A stretch of DNA of 64,000 nt from Eledone cirrhosa (GCA_964016885.1 OZ024764.1:1488001-1552000), one strand, 5' to 3'; positions 13,728 to 30,627 are shown, counted from the stretch's first letter. Numbers and translations: made by a program. Notes: a model not told the origin generated them from the letters alone.

Positions 13728-14330
13728 ATCATCATCACTGTTTTATGTCGATGTCTCCACACTAGCATGGGTTAGACGGGTTGTCCTGTTGTGGACTGAT
13801 TCTGGCTTGATTTCTACAGCTGGATGCCCTTCCTAACACCAACCTCATTTACAGTGTGGTGCTGGGTGCTTTTTTTTTTCCGTGGTGCCTCCACGTCCAC
13901 TTTACAGTGGAATGATAGGGACCCCAGTCCTTATCATCTCATTTCTACAGCTGAGTAAACTGGAGCAATGTGAAATAAAGTGTCTTGCTCAAGGAAACAA
14001 CACATCACCCCGTCTGAGAATTGAACTCACAACCTTCGATTGCAAGCCCAATGCTCTAACCACTAAGCCATGTGCCTTCATCATCATCATCATCATCATC
14101 ATCGTCGTTTAACGTCCATCTTCCACGCTAGCATGGGTTAGACGGGAGTTGTCCCACTTGAGGCAAGAGTGGTTGTCTTGTTCATATAGGACTGTCTGGC
14201 GGGTTTTCTACAGCTGGATGCCCTTCCTAACACCAACCACGTTTACAGTGTGGGGCTGGGAGGTTTTTACCGTGTTACCTATACAGCCACATTACAGCGT
14301 GGACTGTGTGTTTTTTTGTCGTGACACCTA
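13728..14330 (-). mobile_element. Two adjacent SINE copies
   Basis: 13728-14078 matches 17867-18140; 14079-14330 matches 10598-10907. Confidence 0.85.
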
Positions 14331-14995
14331 CACGACCTCGTTTGTTTAGGGCTGGATGTTGTGGCACCAACATAACTTTACATTTAAGGGGGTGGTGTGC
14401 ATGGGGTGGGGGTAGTGGGACGGGGTGTATTTGGTTAAGAGGTGCCTACTGACTGTAGGTTTCGCTTTGTACTTAGGCAAGGCGGGTCTTCCGTATAATT
14501 GTGTAGCGCCAAAGATCTCGGTCCAGTGACATTGTCTTGGAGAGGTGTAAGTGTGTGAGGTCGGAATTTATCAAGTAGTCCCAGTCTATTTTTATCGCCC
14601 TGCACTTTTTTATACAGCTTTTTTTATACAGCTGTTGTCTATATATATATATCATTGATATTATACTCCAGAAAACTTGTCGAGTGCTTCGAATCTGTTA
14701 TGAATATATTTGTGGAATTACCAACAAATTAAATATCTCTTTGCTTATGTTGCCTTACCATTCTTGTTTGTTTACATGTCTCTCTTTCTCCACCCAATTC
14801 TTTTCATCCCAATAACTTTATTTAGCTATTGCTCGCGCTGGCCTGAGGTATATGATCTTTAATGCGAAGAAATACCTATGATGGCCAGAAGATCACTAAT
14901 GACGGATAGTCCTGTCTTTTTACTCTATTTTTTAATTCATATGTATCACATCCTCAACAACGCAGCACGCCATTTTTCATCTCTATATATATATA

Positions 14996-16294
14996 CAGGG
15001 TGGGGCATAAAAACTATTACAAAATAAAATGCAAATAGTTCTGGAAAAAACATTTATTTCAAGATCTGACTTCAACAAAAAGTAAGTAATATACTATTAA
15101 ACAACTGCACAAAAATTTATTCAAAATGCTTTCCCCTAGCTCTCACTACCGCTGAAAGTCTTCTAGGAAAGTCTTTGATGACTGCACGAACAGTTTCCAT
15201 GGGTATTTTCTCCCATACATTATTCAGTTTTGATTTTAGAGTTTCAATATTTTGGCTAGGAGTAGAGCAGGCTTCACTCTCAAGAATTGACCATAAAGAA
15301 AAATCGAGAGGGTTGAGATCTGGTGATGTGGGAGGTTACTCTTCCTTACTGATCCATGCAGGACAATTGTCTCTACAACACTGTTGTGTTACGCTAGAGT
15401 GTGGCTCGTCGCTCCATCTTGTTGGAGAGTCCAAATGTCATCGCCATAAACAGATGTGCACCATGGCATCAGTGCTCCCTCCAAAATATCCTTTATGTAA
15501 AGTTCTTTGTTAATTTTAACTCCTTGAGGCACAAAAATCAGAAGAGACTTCCCTCTTTCAGAAATGGCTGCCCAAACCATCACTGATGCTGGTTTCTGTA
15601 TTCTGAACACTTTTCCTACACTTGAAGGAATTGATTTGAGACTTTTTGCAGGTACTCCATCATTTTGATGATTGTGAGACTGCTGCACAGTGAATAACTT
15701 CTCATCTGTAAAGATGATGTTTTGCAGCGTGCCAACCTTGATATGGTTCAATAACATTTTACTTCTGGAGAGCCTCTTTTCAATTGTGGCTGCAGAAAGA
15801 AGCTGCCTCTTTTGGAACTTATAGGGTGTCATCCCCAGATCATCTCGACATATCCTCCGCATAGTTCTCGGCAATATTTTTGCTTCTTCTGCCATTTTTC
15901 TCATGGACCTTCTTGGATTGCGCCTTATTTTTTCCCTCACACTTTTAACGAGTTTTGGTGTTCTTGAGGTGCGAGGGCGTCCAGATCGAGGTCTGTCTTT
16001 GGTCGAGGAAGTTTCCTTAAATCGATCGATTGTCTTTTTGATCAACATTCTATTGATCTTAAGAGTTTTCCCCAGTTTAAATATCTCGGGTGGAGTCAGG
16101 CCTTTTTCATGCTTCTCTATAATGAACTTTCTTTTCAATTCTATGGACATTGCAAATTGTTAATGGAGTAATGTCCTGAAAAATAGTTAATATGGTTATA
16201 GTGCATGGATTTGATACAAATATATTGGTTATATTAGCAACATAATGTATTTTTAAATTGATTTAAAACTTTATTACAGGAATTATGCCCCACC

Positions 16295-16297
<3 letters not shown>
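14996..16297 (-). mobile_element. Tc1/mariner-superfamily transposon, DD37D (maT) type, full length
   Basis: TIRs CAGGGTGGGGCATAA at both ends, TA flanks, 1.3 kb. Confidence 0.92.
15121..16150 (-). pseudogene. DD37D transposase, frameshifted near 15395 with a further in-frame stop
   Basis: HTH region with GRPR, then IIFTDEK, QQDGATSH and, in the shifted frame, *PPTSPDLNPLDF. 37 residues lie between the 2nd and 3rd Asp once the frame is restored. Confidence 0.88.
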
Positions 16298-16361
<64 letters not shown>

Positions 16362-16802
16362 GAAGTTATATTTAATTTGTTGGGATACAACAAGCAAATA
16401 TTTTTATAACTGATATAAAGTACTCAACAAATTTTTGGAGTAAAAATACAATATATTAACAAATGGAAACTATATTTATAAAACCATATTTATTTTTCTT
16501 TTCTTTTCTTTTCTTTTCTTTTCTTTTCTTTTCTTTTCTTTTCTTTTCTTTTCTTTTCTTTTCTTTTCTTTTCTTTTCCTTCTTTGGGTTTGCTCTTTCT
16601 TTCTGCTTTTTCTTTCTCCTTTTCTTTTTTCCCCTATTCCAACGGCTTAATTTAAATGTACGGGATTTAAACCTCTCCGACACTAATTTGCATAATAGAC
16701 CAATAATAAAATTATAACCCCACTATCCGGGAGCTTCCAACAGACATGGTCGCATTCTTTTAAGGGTATGTCAATATTTGTTTATAAAACTGATCTATAT
16801 TA

Positions 16803-16867
16803 TATTTTATCTGATGAAAGCGCACCATAATTTGCTTTGGTGTCCTTGAAATATGTATAATGAAATA
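16803..16867 (+). ncRNA. Hammerhead ribozyme in a short inverted-arm element, 16359-16912
   Basis: UAUUUUAU-CUGAUGA-AAG..CACCA(loop)UGGUG..CUU-GAAA-UAUGUA-UA/AUGAAAUA; 8-bp stem I. Confidence 0.85.
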
Positions 16868-17099
16868 AATATGGTTTTATAAATATAGTTTCCATTTGTT
16901 AATATATTGTATATATATATATATATTTACTTAAGGTAAATATTGGTGCAATTCAATTGAAGCACTCAACATACTTTTTCCCCATAGGAGTGACGGAGTA
17001 TATTTAGAATAAGAAAATGCGAAGTAGTTTCAGATGTTAAAGTCCTTTAATGATAATGCTGTGATACATATTTCAATGACAGTGGCCACACTCTTTGGT

Positions 17100-17345
17100 G
17101 TACCCAGAGTCTGCCTTTCATTTTGAGGGGAAAGCCTTTTGTAGCTAGCAGTGGCAGTAGCTCCCTGAACCTCTTCCATCCCGTTCTTACCCTGGCTATT
17201 GTACTTTCCGAACACCCACCTCTGCTGCTAATTCGGCCACCTAGGTAGCAGAAGCTGTCTACTGCTTCTACAGACCCCTCCCAGAGTTTGGTGGTGTTTC
17301 TTTCCTGTGGCCGTTTGCTGCTTACTGTCCCAGCACAGCTGCTAC
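17100..17345 (-). mobile_element. RTE-clade LINE fragment (RT C-terminal region)
   Basis: Translates to EGSVEAVDSFCYLGGRISSRGGCSESTIARVRTGWKRFRELLPLLATKGFPLKMKGRL. Confidence 0.85.
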
Positions 17346-17821
17346 ATATCTATGTAAATATATATATATGTATATGTATATATATATATATGTATATATA
17401 TATATGTATATATATATAAAACCTGTTCCCAAACAGACCTATTATATTAAATCTTTGTTGGGTTTTTTCAATAAACAAATATCATTATTTCTAAAGACAG
17501 CCGAGGTTGACTTTGCCTTTCATCCTTATGAGGTCGATAAAATAAAGTACCAGTAATGCACTGGGTAATTGCTGGCCTTGTGCCTAAAGTAGAAACAATT
17601 ATTTCTAAAGACAGCATATATATGTGTAGGTATGTATATTCTCTCTGATAGTTTGTAAAAATTTTACATAGATCTATAGGATATACATACCAACACACAC
17701 ATATATATTCTAGAAACGATCGTAAAATGATGAATTTTTTAATATAAGGAACTGTTTCTTTGTTTTTATTCATTATTTTTATTAATTTATGTATATATAT
17801 ATATATATGTATGTATATGTA

Positions 17822-17853
<32 letters not shown>

Positions 17854-17866
17854 TCTATATATATAT

Positions 17867-18212
17867 GGAGGCACATGGCTTAGTGGTTAGAGCATTGGGC
17901 TTGCAATCAAAAGGTTGTGAGTTCAATTCTCAGACCGGGTGATGTGTTGTTTCCTTGAGCAAGACACTTTATTTCACATTGCTCCAGTTTACTCAGCTGT
18001 AGAAATGAGATGATAGGGACTGGGGTCCCTATCATTCCACTGTAAAGTGGTCGTGGAGGTGCCACGGCAAAAAGGCACCCAGCACTCACTGTAAATGAGG
18101 TTGGTGTTAGGAAGGGCACCCAGCTGTAGAAATCAAGCCAGAATCAGTTCCCATCCCACCCTTGCAAGCAGGGAAAAGTGGACGTAAAATGATGATGATG
18201 ATGATGATGATG
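17867..18212 (+). mobile_element. Full-length tRNA-derived SINE with a CORE-like domain and (GAT)n tail
   Basis: A box TGGCTTAGTGG, B box GAGTTCAATTC, CORE-like ccttgagcaagacacttt, hairpin gatagggac/gtccctatc; at least 5 copies in the window. Confidence 0.9.
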
Positions 18213-18399
18213 ACACACATACTTGGAAAACATACAGAACGGATTCCATGAATAATGCCATGGTGCCAAAATTAGTCATGAAGGCCCCCCCTCCCCTCCT
18301 GTCTTGTAGAGGGTGGGGTGAGAGTGAGAGGTCATAGCTAGGGGTCTGTTTGTCTTGGTTAGTCATAAACTCTCTTGGACTCTCTCTCTATCTTTATTG

Positions 18400-21410
<3,011 letters not shown>

Positions 21411-21489
21411 GTTATTGCCATACATGATAAAAAGTACTCAATACTGAAGCATGGTTTAAATATTCATTCATTATGGCAAAATAGTTAGT

Positions 21490-21590
21490 GTTGTTTCTCT
21501 AGAGTTTCACCTGCGCTTGTTGGATCATCAGACAATTGTTTGTCAGTTGAACCAGCCTGTACACAGGTGAAACTCAACAGTAACAGCACT
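21490..21590. ncRNA. Back-to-back pair of degenerate hammerhead motifs
   Basis: - strand: UUGU-CUGAUGA-UCC..GGU-GAAAC-UCUAGA-GAA-ACAA (cleavage triplet altered). + strand: CAGUUGA-ACC..GGU-GAAAC-UCAACA-GUA-ACAG (core altered). Confidence 0.55.
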
Positions 21591-21729
21591 ACCTTCTGAT
21601 GATAAATAAATATATGTGAGAGATTTCAAGGCTGCTGGTGTTTTAATTAAATATTAGACAGATATATATATATATATATATATAAATTTATGCGAATTAC
21701 GTCTGTCTGTCCGTCACACAATGTGTGTG

Positions 21730-22140
21730 TAAAACGAGGGAAGGGGATGGTGAAAACGATAGTAAAACAAAGAAGAGTGTTCCATTTGCTACACTGTGTG
21801 TAAAAGGCAGGAAGGGGGTGGTGAAAAAACTTTAGTAAAACTGTGGATGGTGTTCCATTTGCTACGCTAGGTTTGTAAAAGGAAGGAAGGGGGTGTTGAA
21901 AAGATTATAGTAAAACTGGATGGTGTACCATTTGCTACGCTAGGTTTGTAAAAGGAAGGAAGGGGATGGTAAAAAAAACTATAGTAAAACAGAAAAGTGT
22001 GTTCCATTTGCTACACTGTGTGTGTAAAAGGAAGGAAGAGGGTGGTGAAAAAACTATAGTAAAACTGTGGATGGTGTTCTATTTGCTACACTGTGTGAGT
22101 ATATGTGTGTGTTTGTGTGAATGTATGTGTTTGTAAAAGG
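21730..22140. repeat. ~74-bp diverged tandem repeat, 5-6 copies, followed by a MITE-like repeat also seen at 36650-36830 and 46830-46940
   Basis: Recurring gttccatttgctac..gtaaaaggaaggaagggg..tagtaaaac. Confidence 0.75.
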
Positions 22141-22437
22141 AAGGGGATGTTTAGAACCCAACTAATAATTGGTGGTGGAAACCACTGCATATTCGCGGAA
22201 TTGTAAATATCTTCCGTGTTTTTTTTATGGTGTTTTTCATGGCAATATATATATTTTATTAACACTAAATTATTAATAACAATATACCGTATTTGCGGCC
22301 TATATTTTACGTTATGTTTTGACATTTATAGGCATATTTATGGACCATGTCCAATATTTGCAGTTTTTCACTCTTCGCAGGTGGTCTAGGAATGTAACCA
22401 CCGTGGTGGGGGATACAACGACAACTGTATATATGTA

Positions 22438-23531
22438 CAGGGTGTGGACGATATTTGTTCAGGCGCCACGAAAAAGTACCCAGCACTCACTGTAAATGAG
22501 GTTCGTGTTAGGAAGGGCATCCAGCTGTAGAAATCAAGCCAGATCAGTTCCTGTATGAGCAAGGCATGGTCAGCCGACCAGACACTGCCCACAACAGGAC
22601 AACCCGTCTAACCCATGCTAGCGTGGAAGAACGGACGTAAAACTGTGATGATGATGATGATGAACATTACTGTCTAGGAAAAAATAAGACAGTAGTTTTA
22701 TTTTTTAAGATATATTTATCAAACTTGGGTCAGTTTGTCTTCATGACTTGTTCTTTCGATCTCACTCGATAAACCCGCCATTGGCTTTGATGACGGCCTC
22801 AAGGCGGCCTCGGAACCGGCTACAGGCCTTCGTCACTGTCCCCCAACTTAGGCCCCTAAAGACACTTGTACGCCTGGCCTTCAGATCGTCTTTCATATTG
22901 CAACTAGATCTGTTGGTGTCTCGTTCAACTGTTGCCCCACACAAAGAAGTCGAGGGGGTTGCAGTTAGGTGTGCTGGGAGGCCAGATGTCAGGTGAAGTG
23001 TGGTCGACGCAGTTCTCTGACAGCCAGGCTTGGGTCTTTCGGCTGGTATGGCAGGGCGCTGAGTCTTGCTGCCACACGTACAGCCTACCTGCAGCTACCT
23101 GGTCGATCCAGGGCTTTACTACCTCACTCAAAACGCGGATGTAGCCATCGGTGTTCAGCTTGAGGCCCTCAGGGAAGAAGTGAGGTGGCATGACGTCACC
23201 TTGACTGCTGACGACACCTAAGACCAATGTTGTCACTGGAAACTTTGTCTGCATGACTCTGGGCATGTCTTTGGATGAGGCAGCGAGCCACCTGTTGTTC
23301 TGGGAGTTGATCTTCTGGTCCTTATTTGTCCTCTCGGCGCGGATTCCAAGAAGAACTCCGTGTCTCTTCCACTAATTTGGAGGTTCAAAATTATTTATAA
23401 TCAATTATTCTGAAAATAAATAATGGAAATAGAGTCACTGTTTTTATGAAGACAGGAGTGTCAACGGAAGTAAAAAAAATTTGCATAAAATTAGCAGTTG
23501 AAAATTGCGAACAGATGTCGTCCGCACACTG
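22438..23531 (-). mobile_element. Internally deleted DD37D (maT) transposon with a nested SINE fragment (22462-22662)
   Basis: Imperfect TIRs CAG(G/T)GTG(T/C)GGACGA(T/C)AT(T/C)TGTTC; WQQDSAPCH...WPPSTPNCNPLDFFVWG (37 spacing); C-terminal RLEAVIKANGGFIE. Confidence 0.88.
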
Positions 23532-23570
23532 TTTATGGATATATGGATATATTTTTGTATATAGATTATA

Positions 23571-24090
23571 TCATCATCATCATCATCTTTGTTTAACGTC
23601 CATCTTCCACGCTAGGATGGGTTAGACGGGAGTTGTCCCACTTGAGGCAAGGTTGTGTCTCGCTCGTATAGGACTGTCTGGCAGGCTTTCTATGGCTGGA
23701 TGCCCTTCCTAACACCAACCACGTTTACAGTGTGGACTGGGAGGTTTTTACCGTGTTACCTACACGGCCACATTACAGCGTGGACTGTGTGTGTGTTTTT
23801 TAATATATATATATATATGGATATGTGTATGTATGTGTATAAATATATATATATGTATATATATATGCGGATATCATCATCATCATCATCATCATTTTAC
23901 GTCCACTTTTCCCTGCTTGCAAGGGTGGGACAGTCCTATTCAGCACAGCATCTCTCCACTTGTCACGGTCCTTTGTCATCTCCTCCGTGAGCTTCAGCGA
24001 TCTGAGGTCTGCTCTCACCACTTCTGCCCATGTTTTTCGTGGTCTACCTCTAACACGTCATCCTTCTACTGGGATTTCTTGGCACATATC
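23571..24090 (-). mobile_element. SINE 3' fragment and RTE LINE 3'-end fragment sharing the (GAT)n tail
   Basis: VRADLRSLKLTEEMTKDRDKWRDAV is RTE C-terminus-like and is followed by the same cccttgcaagcagggaaaagtggacgtaaaat tail as the SINE. Confidence 0.75.
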
Positions 24091-24112
24091 CCCTGCTAAT
24101 ACCCGGGGACAA

Positions 24113-24156
<44 letters not shown>

Positions 24157-24235
24157 CAATCTACAAGATGGATGACAGAATATGACCGGGTACCTCAGCT
24201 AGTGTAAGATAAAGTCTTCACCACAAAAATACATT

Positions 24236-26703
24236 TTGTGCCAAAAGTAGAAACAATTATTACGGGGTTGATAAAATAAAGTACCAGTAATACACTGGAG
24301 TAATTGCTGGCCTTGTGCCAAAAGTAGAAACAATTATTACGGGGGTTGATAAAATAAAGTACCAGTAATACACTGGGGTAATTGCTGGCCTTGTGCCAAA
24401 AGTAGAAACAATTATTACAAGGTTGATAAAATAAAGTACCAGTAATACACTGGGGTAATTGCTGGCCTTGTGGCTAAAGTAGAAACAATTAATACAAGGT
24501 TGATAAAATAAAGTACCAGTAATACACTGGGGTAATTGCTGGCCTTGTGCCAAATGTAGAAACAATTAATACGGGGTCGATAAAATAAAGTACCAGTAAT
24601 ACACTGGAGTAATTGCTGGCCTTGTGCCAAAAGTAGAAACAATTATTACGGGGATTGATAAAATAAAGTACCAGTAATATACTGGGGTAATTGCTGGCCT
24701 TGTGCCAAAAGTAGAAACAATTATTACAAGGTTGATAAAATAAAGTACCAGTAATACACTGGGGTAATTGCTGGCCTTGTGCCAAAAGTAGAAACAATTA
24801 TTACAAGGTTGATAAAATAAAGTACCAGTAATACACTGGGGTAATTGCTGGCCTTGTGCCTAAAGTAGAAACAATTAATACAAGGTTGATAAAATAAAGT
24901 ACCAGTAATACACTGGGTAATTGCTGGCCTTGTGCCAAAAGTAGAAACAATTATTACAAGGTTGATAAAATAAAGTACCAGTAATACACTGGGGTAATTG
25001 CTGGCCTTGTGCCAAATGTAGAAACAATTAATACGGGGTCGATAAAATAAAGTACCAGTAATACACTGGGGTAATTGCTGGCCTTGTGCCAAATGTAGAA
25101 ACAATTAATACGGGGTCGATAAAATAAAGTACCAGTAATACACTGGGGTAATTGCTGGCCTTGTGCCAAATGTAGAAACAATTAATACGGGGTTGATAAA
25201 ATAAAGTACCAGTAATACACTGGGGTAATTGCTGGCCTTGTGCCAAAAGTAGAAACAATTAATAAGGGTTTGATAAAATAAAGTACCAGTAATACACTGG
25301 GGTAATTGCTGGCCTTGTGCCAAAAGTAGAAACAATTATTACAAGGTTGATAAAATAAAGTACCAGTAATACACTGGGGTAATTGCTGGCCTTGTGCCAA
25401 AAGTAGAAACAATTAATACAAGGTTGATAAAATAAAGTACCAGTAATACACTGGGGTAATTGCTGGCCTTGTGCCTAAAGTAGAAACAATTAATACGGGG
25501 TCGATAAAATAAAGTACCAGTAATACACTGGGGTAATTGCTGGCCTTGTGGCTAAAGTAGAAACAATTAATACAAGGTTGATAAAATAAAGTACCAGTAA
25601 TACACTGGGGTAATTGCTGGCCTTGTGTCAAATGTAGAAACAATTAATACGGGGTCGATAAAATAAAGTACCAGTAATACACTGGGGTAATTGCTGGCCT
25701 TGTGCCATAAGTAGAAACAATTAATACAAGGTTGATAAAATAAAGTACCAGTTATACACTGGGGTAATTGCTGGCCTTGTGCCAAATGTAGAAACAATTA
25801 ATACGAGGTCGATAAAATAAAGTACCAGTAATACACTGGAGTAATTGCTGGCCTTGTGCCAAAAGTAGAAACAATTATTACGGGGGTTGATAAAATAAAG
25901 TACCAGTAATACACTGGGGTAATTGCTGGCCTTGTGCCAAAAGTAGAAACAATTAATAAGGGTTTGATAAAATAAAGTACCAGTAATACACTGGGGTAAT
26001 TGCTGGCCTTGTGCCAAAAGTAGAAACAATTATTACAAGGTTGATAAAATAAAGTACCAGTAATACACTGGGGTAATTGCTGGCCTTGTGCCTAAAGTAG
26101 AAACAATTAATACAAGGTTGATAAAATAAAGTACCAGTAATACACTGGGGTAATTGCTGGCCTTGTGCCTAAAATAGAAACAATTAATACGGGGTCGATA
26201 AAATAAAGTACCAGTAATACACTGGGGTAATTGCTGGCCTTGTGCCTAAAGTAGAAATAATTAATACAAGGTTGATAAAATAAAGTACCAGTAATACACT
26301 GGGGTAATTGCTGGCCTTGTGGCTAAAGTAGAAACAATTAATACAAGGTTGATAAAATAAAGTACCAGTAATACACTGGGGTAATTGCTGGCCTTGTGCC
26401 TAAAGTAGAAATAATTAATACAAGGTTGATAAAATAAAGTACCAGTAATACACTGGGGTAATTGCTGGCCTTGTGGCTAAAGTAGAAACAATTAATACAA
26501 GGTTGATAAAATAAAGTACCAGTAATACACTGGGGTAATTGCTGGCCTTGTGCCAAAAGTAGAAACAATTAATACAAGGTTGATAAAATAAAGTACCAGT
26601 AATACACTGGGATAATTGCTGGCCTTGTGCCAAAAGTAGAAACAATTATTACGGGGTTGATAAAATAAAGTACCAGTAATACACTGGGGTAATTGCTGGC
26701 CTT
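24236..26703. repeat. 77-bp minisatellite, ~32 copies, derived from the 3' end of the second SINE family
   Basis: Period 77; unit matches 60150-60222. Confidence 0.95.
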
Positions 26704-27085
26704 AAACTGTTGAAGTAAGTATATATGTGTTGTGAAGGTGATTACCGAGGTGCTGTGTTACCATGTCGTACATAGGAAAACCAGTACCCTTACTTTTGGG
26801 ACAAACACCATTTGTATATAGATATGTGTATATGGATAGATGCACACATATACATATGTGTGTGTGTGAAATATATCGATGTGTATATATGTGTATATAT
26901 TGCATACATACACACATGTGTGTGTATGTATGTATGTATATATTTATATATGTATATATGTATGTATATATATGTGTATGTATATATATATATATATATA
27001 TGTGTATGTATATATATATGTATGTATATATATATATATTTTATAATATTAAATAAATGGAAAACTATATTTATAAAACCATATT

Positions 27086-27151
27086 TATTTCATTATATAT
27101 ATTTCGGGGATATCATATTAACAATATGCTATGCCTTCATCAGACAAAATA
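27086..27151 (-). ncRNA. Hammerhead ribozyme in a short element, 27043-27321
   Basis: UAUUUUGU-CUGAUGA-stem II (CAUAUU/AAUAUG)-GAAA-UAUAUA-UA/AUGAAAUA; downstream sequence matches 16860-16910. Confidence 0.8.
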
Positions 27152-27321
27152 CAATATAAACAGTTTTATAGATAAATATATTCGACATACCGTAATAAAC
27201 ATCAACTTCATTTGAAGAGGTTCACTCTAGCAGTGAAAATACAAGTATTTGTCGAGTGCTTTTATATCAGTTATAAATATTTACTAGTTGTAACCCAACA
27301 ATTTTAAATATAACTTTACAT

Positions 27322-27329
27322 ATATATTT

Positions 27330-27362
<33 letters not shown>

Positions 27363-27529
27363 ATGTATGTATATATATATATATGTATGTATGTATATAT
27401 ATATATATGTGTGTATGTATGTATATATATATATGTGTATGTATATCTATATATATATATATGTATGTATATATATATATGTGTGTGTGTATGTATGTAT
27501 ATCTATATATATATATATATATGTGTATG

Positions 27530-27566
<37 letters not shown>

Positions 27567-27784
27567 GTATATATATATGTATATGTATGTATATATATAT
27601 CTATGTATATATATGTATATGTATGTATATGTATGTATGTATATATATATATATATGTATATATGTATATGTGTATGTATATATATATATATGTATATTT
27701 GTGTATATATATATATATATATGAATGTATGTATATATATATATGTATGTATATATATATGTGTGTATATATAATGTGAATATA

Positions 27785-27837
<53 letters not shown>

Positions 27838-27977
27838 TTGATGATGATATGTACATACTTAAACATATGTGTGTATATACTATATATATATACAGTATAT
27901 ATATATACACTATATATATACAGTATATATATATATATACACTATATATATACAGTATATATATATATATATATATA

Positions 27978-28023
<46 letters not shown>

Positions 28024-28035
28024 TATATATATACA

Positions 28036-28114
<79 letters not shown>

Positions 28115-28317
28115 TATATATATACAGTATATATATATATATATATATACACTATATATATACAGTATATATATATTTATATATATTCACTATATATATA
28201 CAGTATATGTATATATATATATATGTTTATATATGTGTATATATATATATATATGTATATACACTATATATATATATATATATACACTATATATATATAT
28301 ACACTATATATATACAG

Positions 28318-28348
<31 letters not shown>

Positions 28349-28401
28349 TATATATATACAGTATATATACACTATATATATACGCTATATATATATATAT
28401 A

Positions 28402-28459
<58 letters not shown>

Positions 28460-29863
28460 TATATATATACACTATATATATACACTATATATATACACTA
28501 TATATATATACACTATATATATACACTATATATATATACACTATATATATACACTATATATATATACACTATATATATACACTATATATACACACTATAT
28601 ATATATATACACTATATATATATACACTATATATATACACTATATATATATATATATACACTATATATATATATATATACACTATATATATACACTATAT
28701 ATATAGATACACTATATATATATACACTATATATATATATACACTATATATATACACTATATATACACTATATATATACACTATATACACACTATATATA
28801 TATATACACTGCCATACATCAACTCATCAGAATATATCTGCCAGCCATAACAGTTCAACTTGAGATTAAATTACTTGTTACAATATTCTAGAAATATGTT
28901 TTATGTTGTTGTAGTGGTGGTGGTGGTGGTGCTGGTTGTAGTGGTGGTGGTGGTGGTGGTGGTTGTAGTGGTGGTGGTGGTGGTGGTGGTTGTAGTGGTG
29001 GTGTAGTGGTGGTGGTGTGGTGGTGGTGGTGTAGTGGTGGTGTAGTGGTGGTGGTGTAGTGGTGGTGGTGGTGGTGGTGATGGTGGTGTAGTGGTGGTGG
29101 TGTGGTGGTGGTGGTGGTGATGGTGGTGGTGGTGGTTGTAGTGGTGGTGGTGGTTGTAGTAGTGGTGGTGGTGGTGGTGATAGGTGTAGTAGTGGTGGTG
29201 GTGGTGGTAGTAGTGGTGGTGGTTGTAGTGGTGGTGGTGGTGGTTGTAGTGGTGGTGGTGGTGGTGGTTGTAGTGGTGGTGGTGGTTGTAGTAGTGGTGG
29301 TGCTGGTTGTAGTAGTGGTGGTGGTGGTTGTAGTAGTGGTAGTAGTGGTGGTGGTGGTGGTAGTGGTTGTAGTAGTGGTAGTAGTGGTGGTGGTGGTTGT
29401 AGGAGTGGTGGTGGTGGTGGTTGTAGTAGTGGTGGTGGTGGTGGTGGTTGTAGTAGTAGTGGTGGTGGTGGTGGTGGTTGTAGTAGTGGTGGTGGTGGTT
29501 GTAGTGGTGGTGGTGGTTGTAATAGTGGTGATGGTGGTGGCGGTGGTGGTGTTGGTAATAGTGGTAGTAGTAGTGGTGGTGGTGGTGGTGGTGGTGGTGG
29601 TAGTGGTGGTGGTGGTGGTGGTAGTAGTGGTGGTGGTGGTGGTGGTAGTAGTAGTAGTGGTGGTGGTGGTTGTAGTAGTGGTGGTGTTGGTGGTGGTTGT
29701 AGTAGTGGTGGTGGTGGTGGTAGTAGTGGTGGTGGTAGTGGTGGTGTTGGTTGTAGTAGTGGTGGTGGTGGTGGTGGTAGTAATAGTGGTGGTGGTGGTG
29801 GTGGTGGTTGTAGTAGTGGTGGTGTTGGTGGTGGTGGTTGTAGTGGTGGTGGTGGTAGTGTTG

Positions 29864-29903
<40 letters not shown>

Positions 29904-30000
29904 CAGTAGAAGCAGTAGAAGTAGTAGTAGTAGTATTAATAGTAGCAGTAGTAGTAGTAGTAGTAGCAGCAGTAGCAGCAGTAGTAGCAGTAGTAGTTCA
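27322..30000. repeat. (TA)n/(TATG)n, (TA)n-CAC and (GGT/AGT)n tracts
   Basis: Directly visible. Confidence 0.95.
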
Positions 30001-30106
30001 CAAATGATATTGTGACTTGCAACTCACATCTCGTGTATATATATATATACATATGTTTATATATATATACATACATAAATACGTAAAATGATGATGATGA
30101 TATATG

Positions 30107-30153
<47 letters not shown>

Positions 30154-30326
30154 GTAGGAGGTGAGTTTTATTGTAGTACAATAAAGCAATGCAGATATCG
30201 GATAAGAAGCACTCTACAGTTTGTGGGACTGGAGTATGCATAATATAAGATCAAAAGATGGTTAAAGGAGTTCCATGTATTTTATTATGCGCATTCAAAT
30301 ACGTAAAATGATGATGATGATGATGA

Positions 30327-30371
<45 letters not shown>

Positions 30372-30435
30372 TAGATATGTTGATTTAAAACTGCACTATC
30401 AACAAGTGTTTTTTAGCCTTCATATCATGTTCTCC

Positions 30436-30506
30436 TGTTTTATCTGATGAAAACACAAATATTATTGTTTGATGATGTTTGTTTTTGAAATGCGCATAAT
30501 AAAATA
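30436..30506 (+). ncRNA. Hammerhead ribozyme in a short inverted-arm element, 30153-30548
   Basis: UGUUUUAU-CUGAUGA-long stem II-GAAA-UGCGCA-UA/AUAAAAUA; 8-bp stem I; palindromic stem III; 30241-30296 is an inverted copy of 30487-30545. Confidence 0.88.
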
Positions 30507-30541
30507 TATGGAACTCCTTTAACCATCTTTTGATCTTATAT

Positions 30542-30627
<86 letters not shown>

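Noticed and set aside
17867-17940. tRNA gene
   Set aside because: A and B boxes belong to a multi-copy SINE head; no complete cloverleaf is apparent
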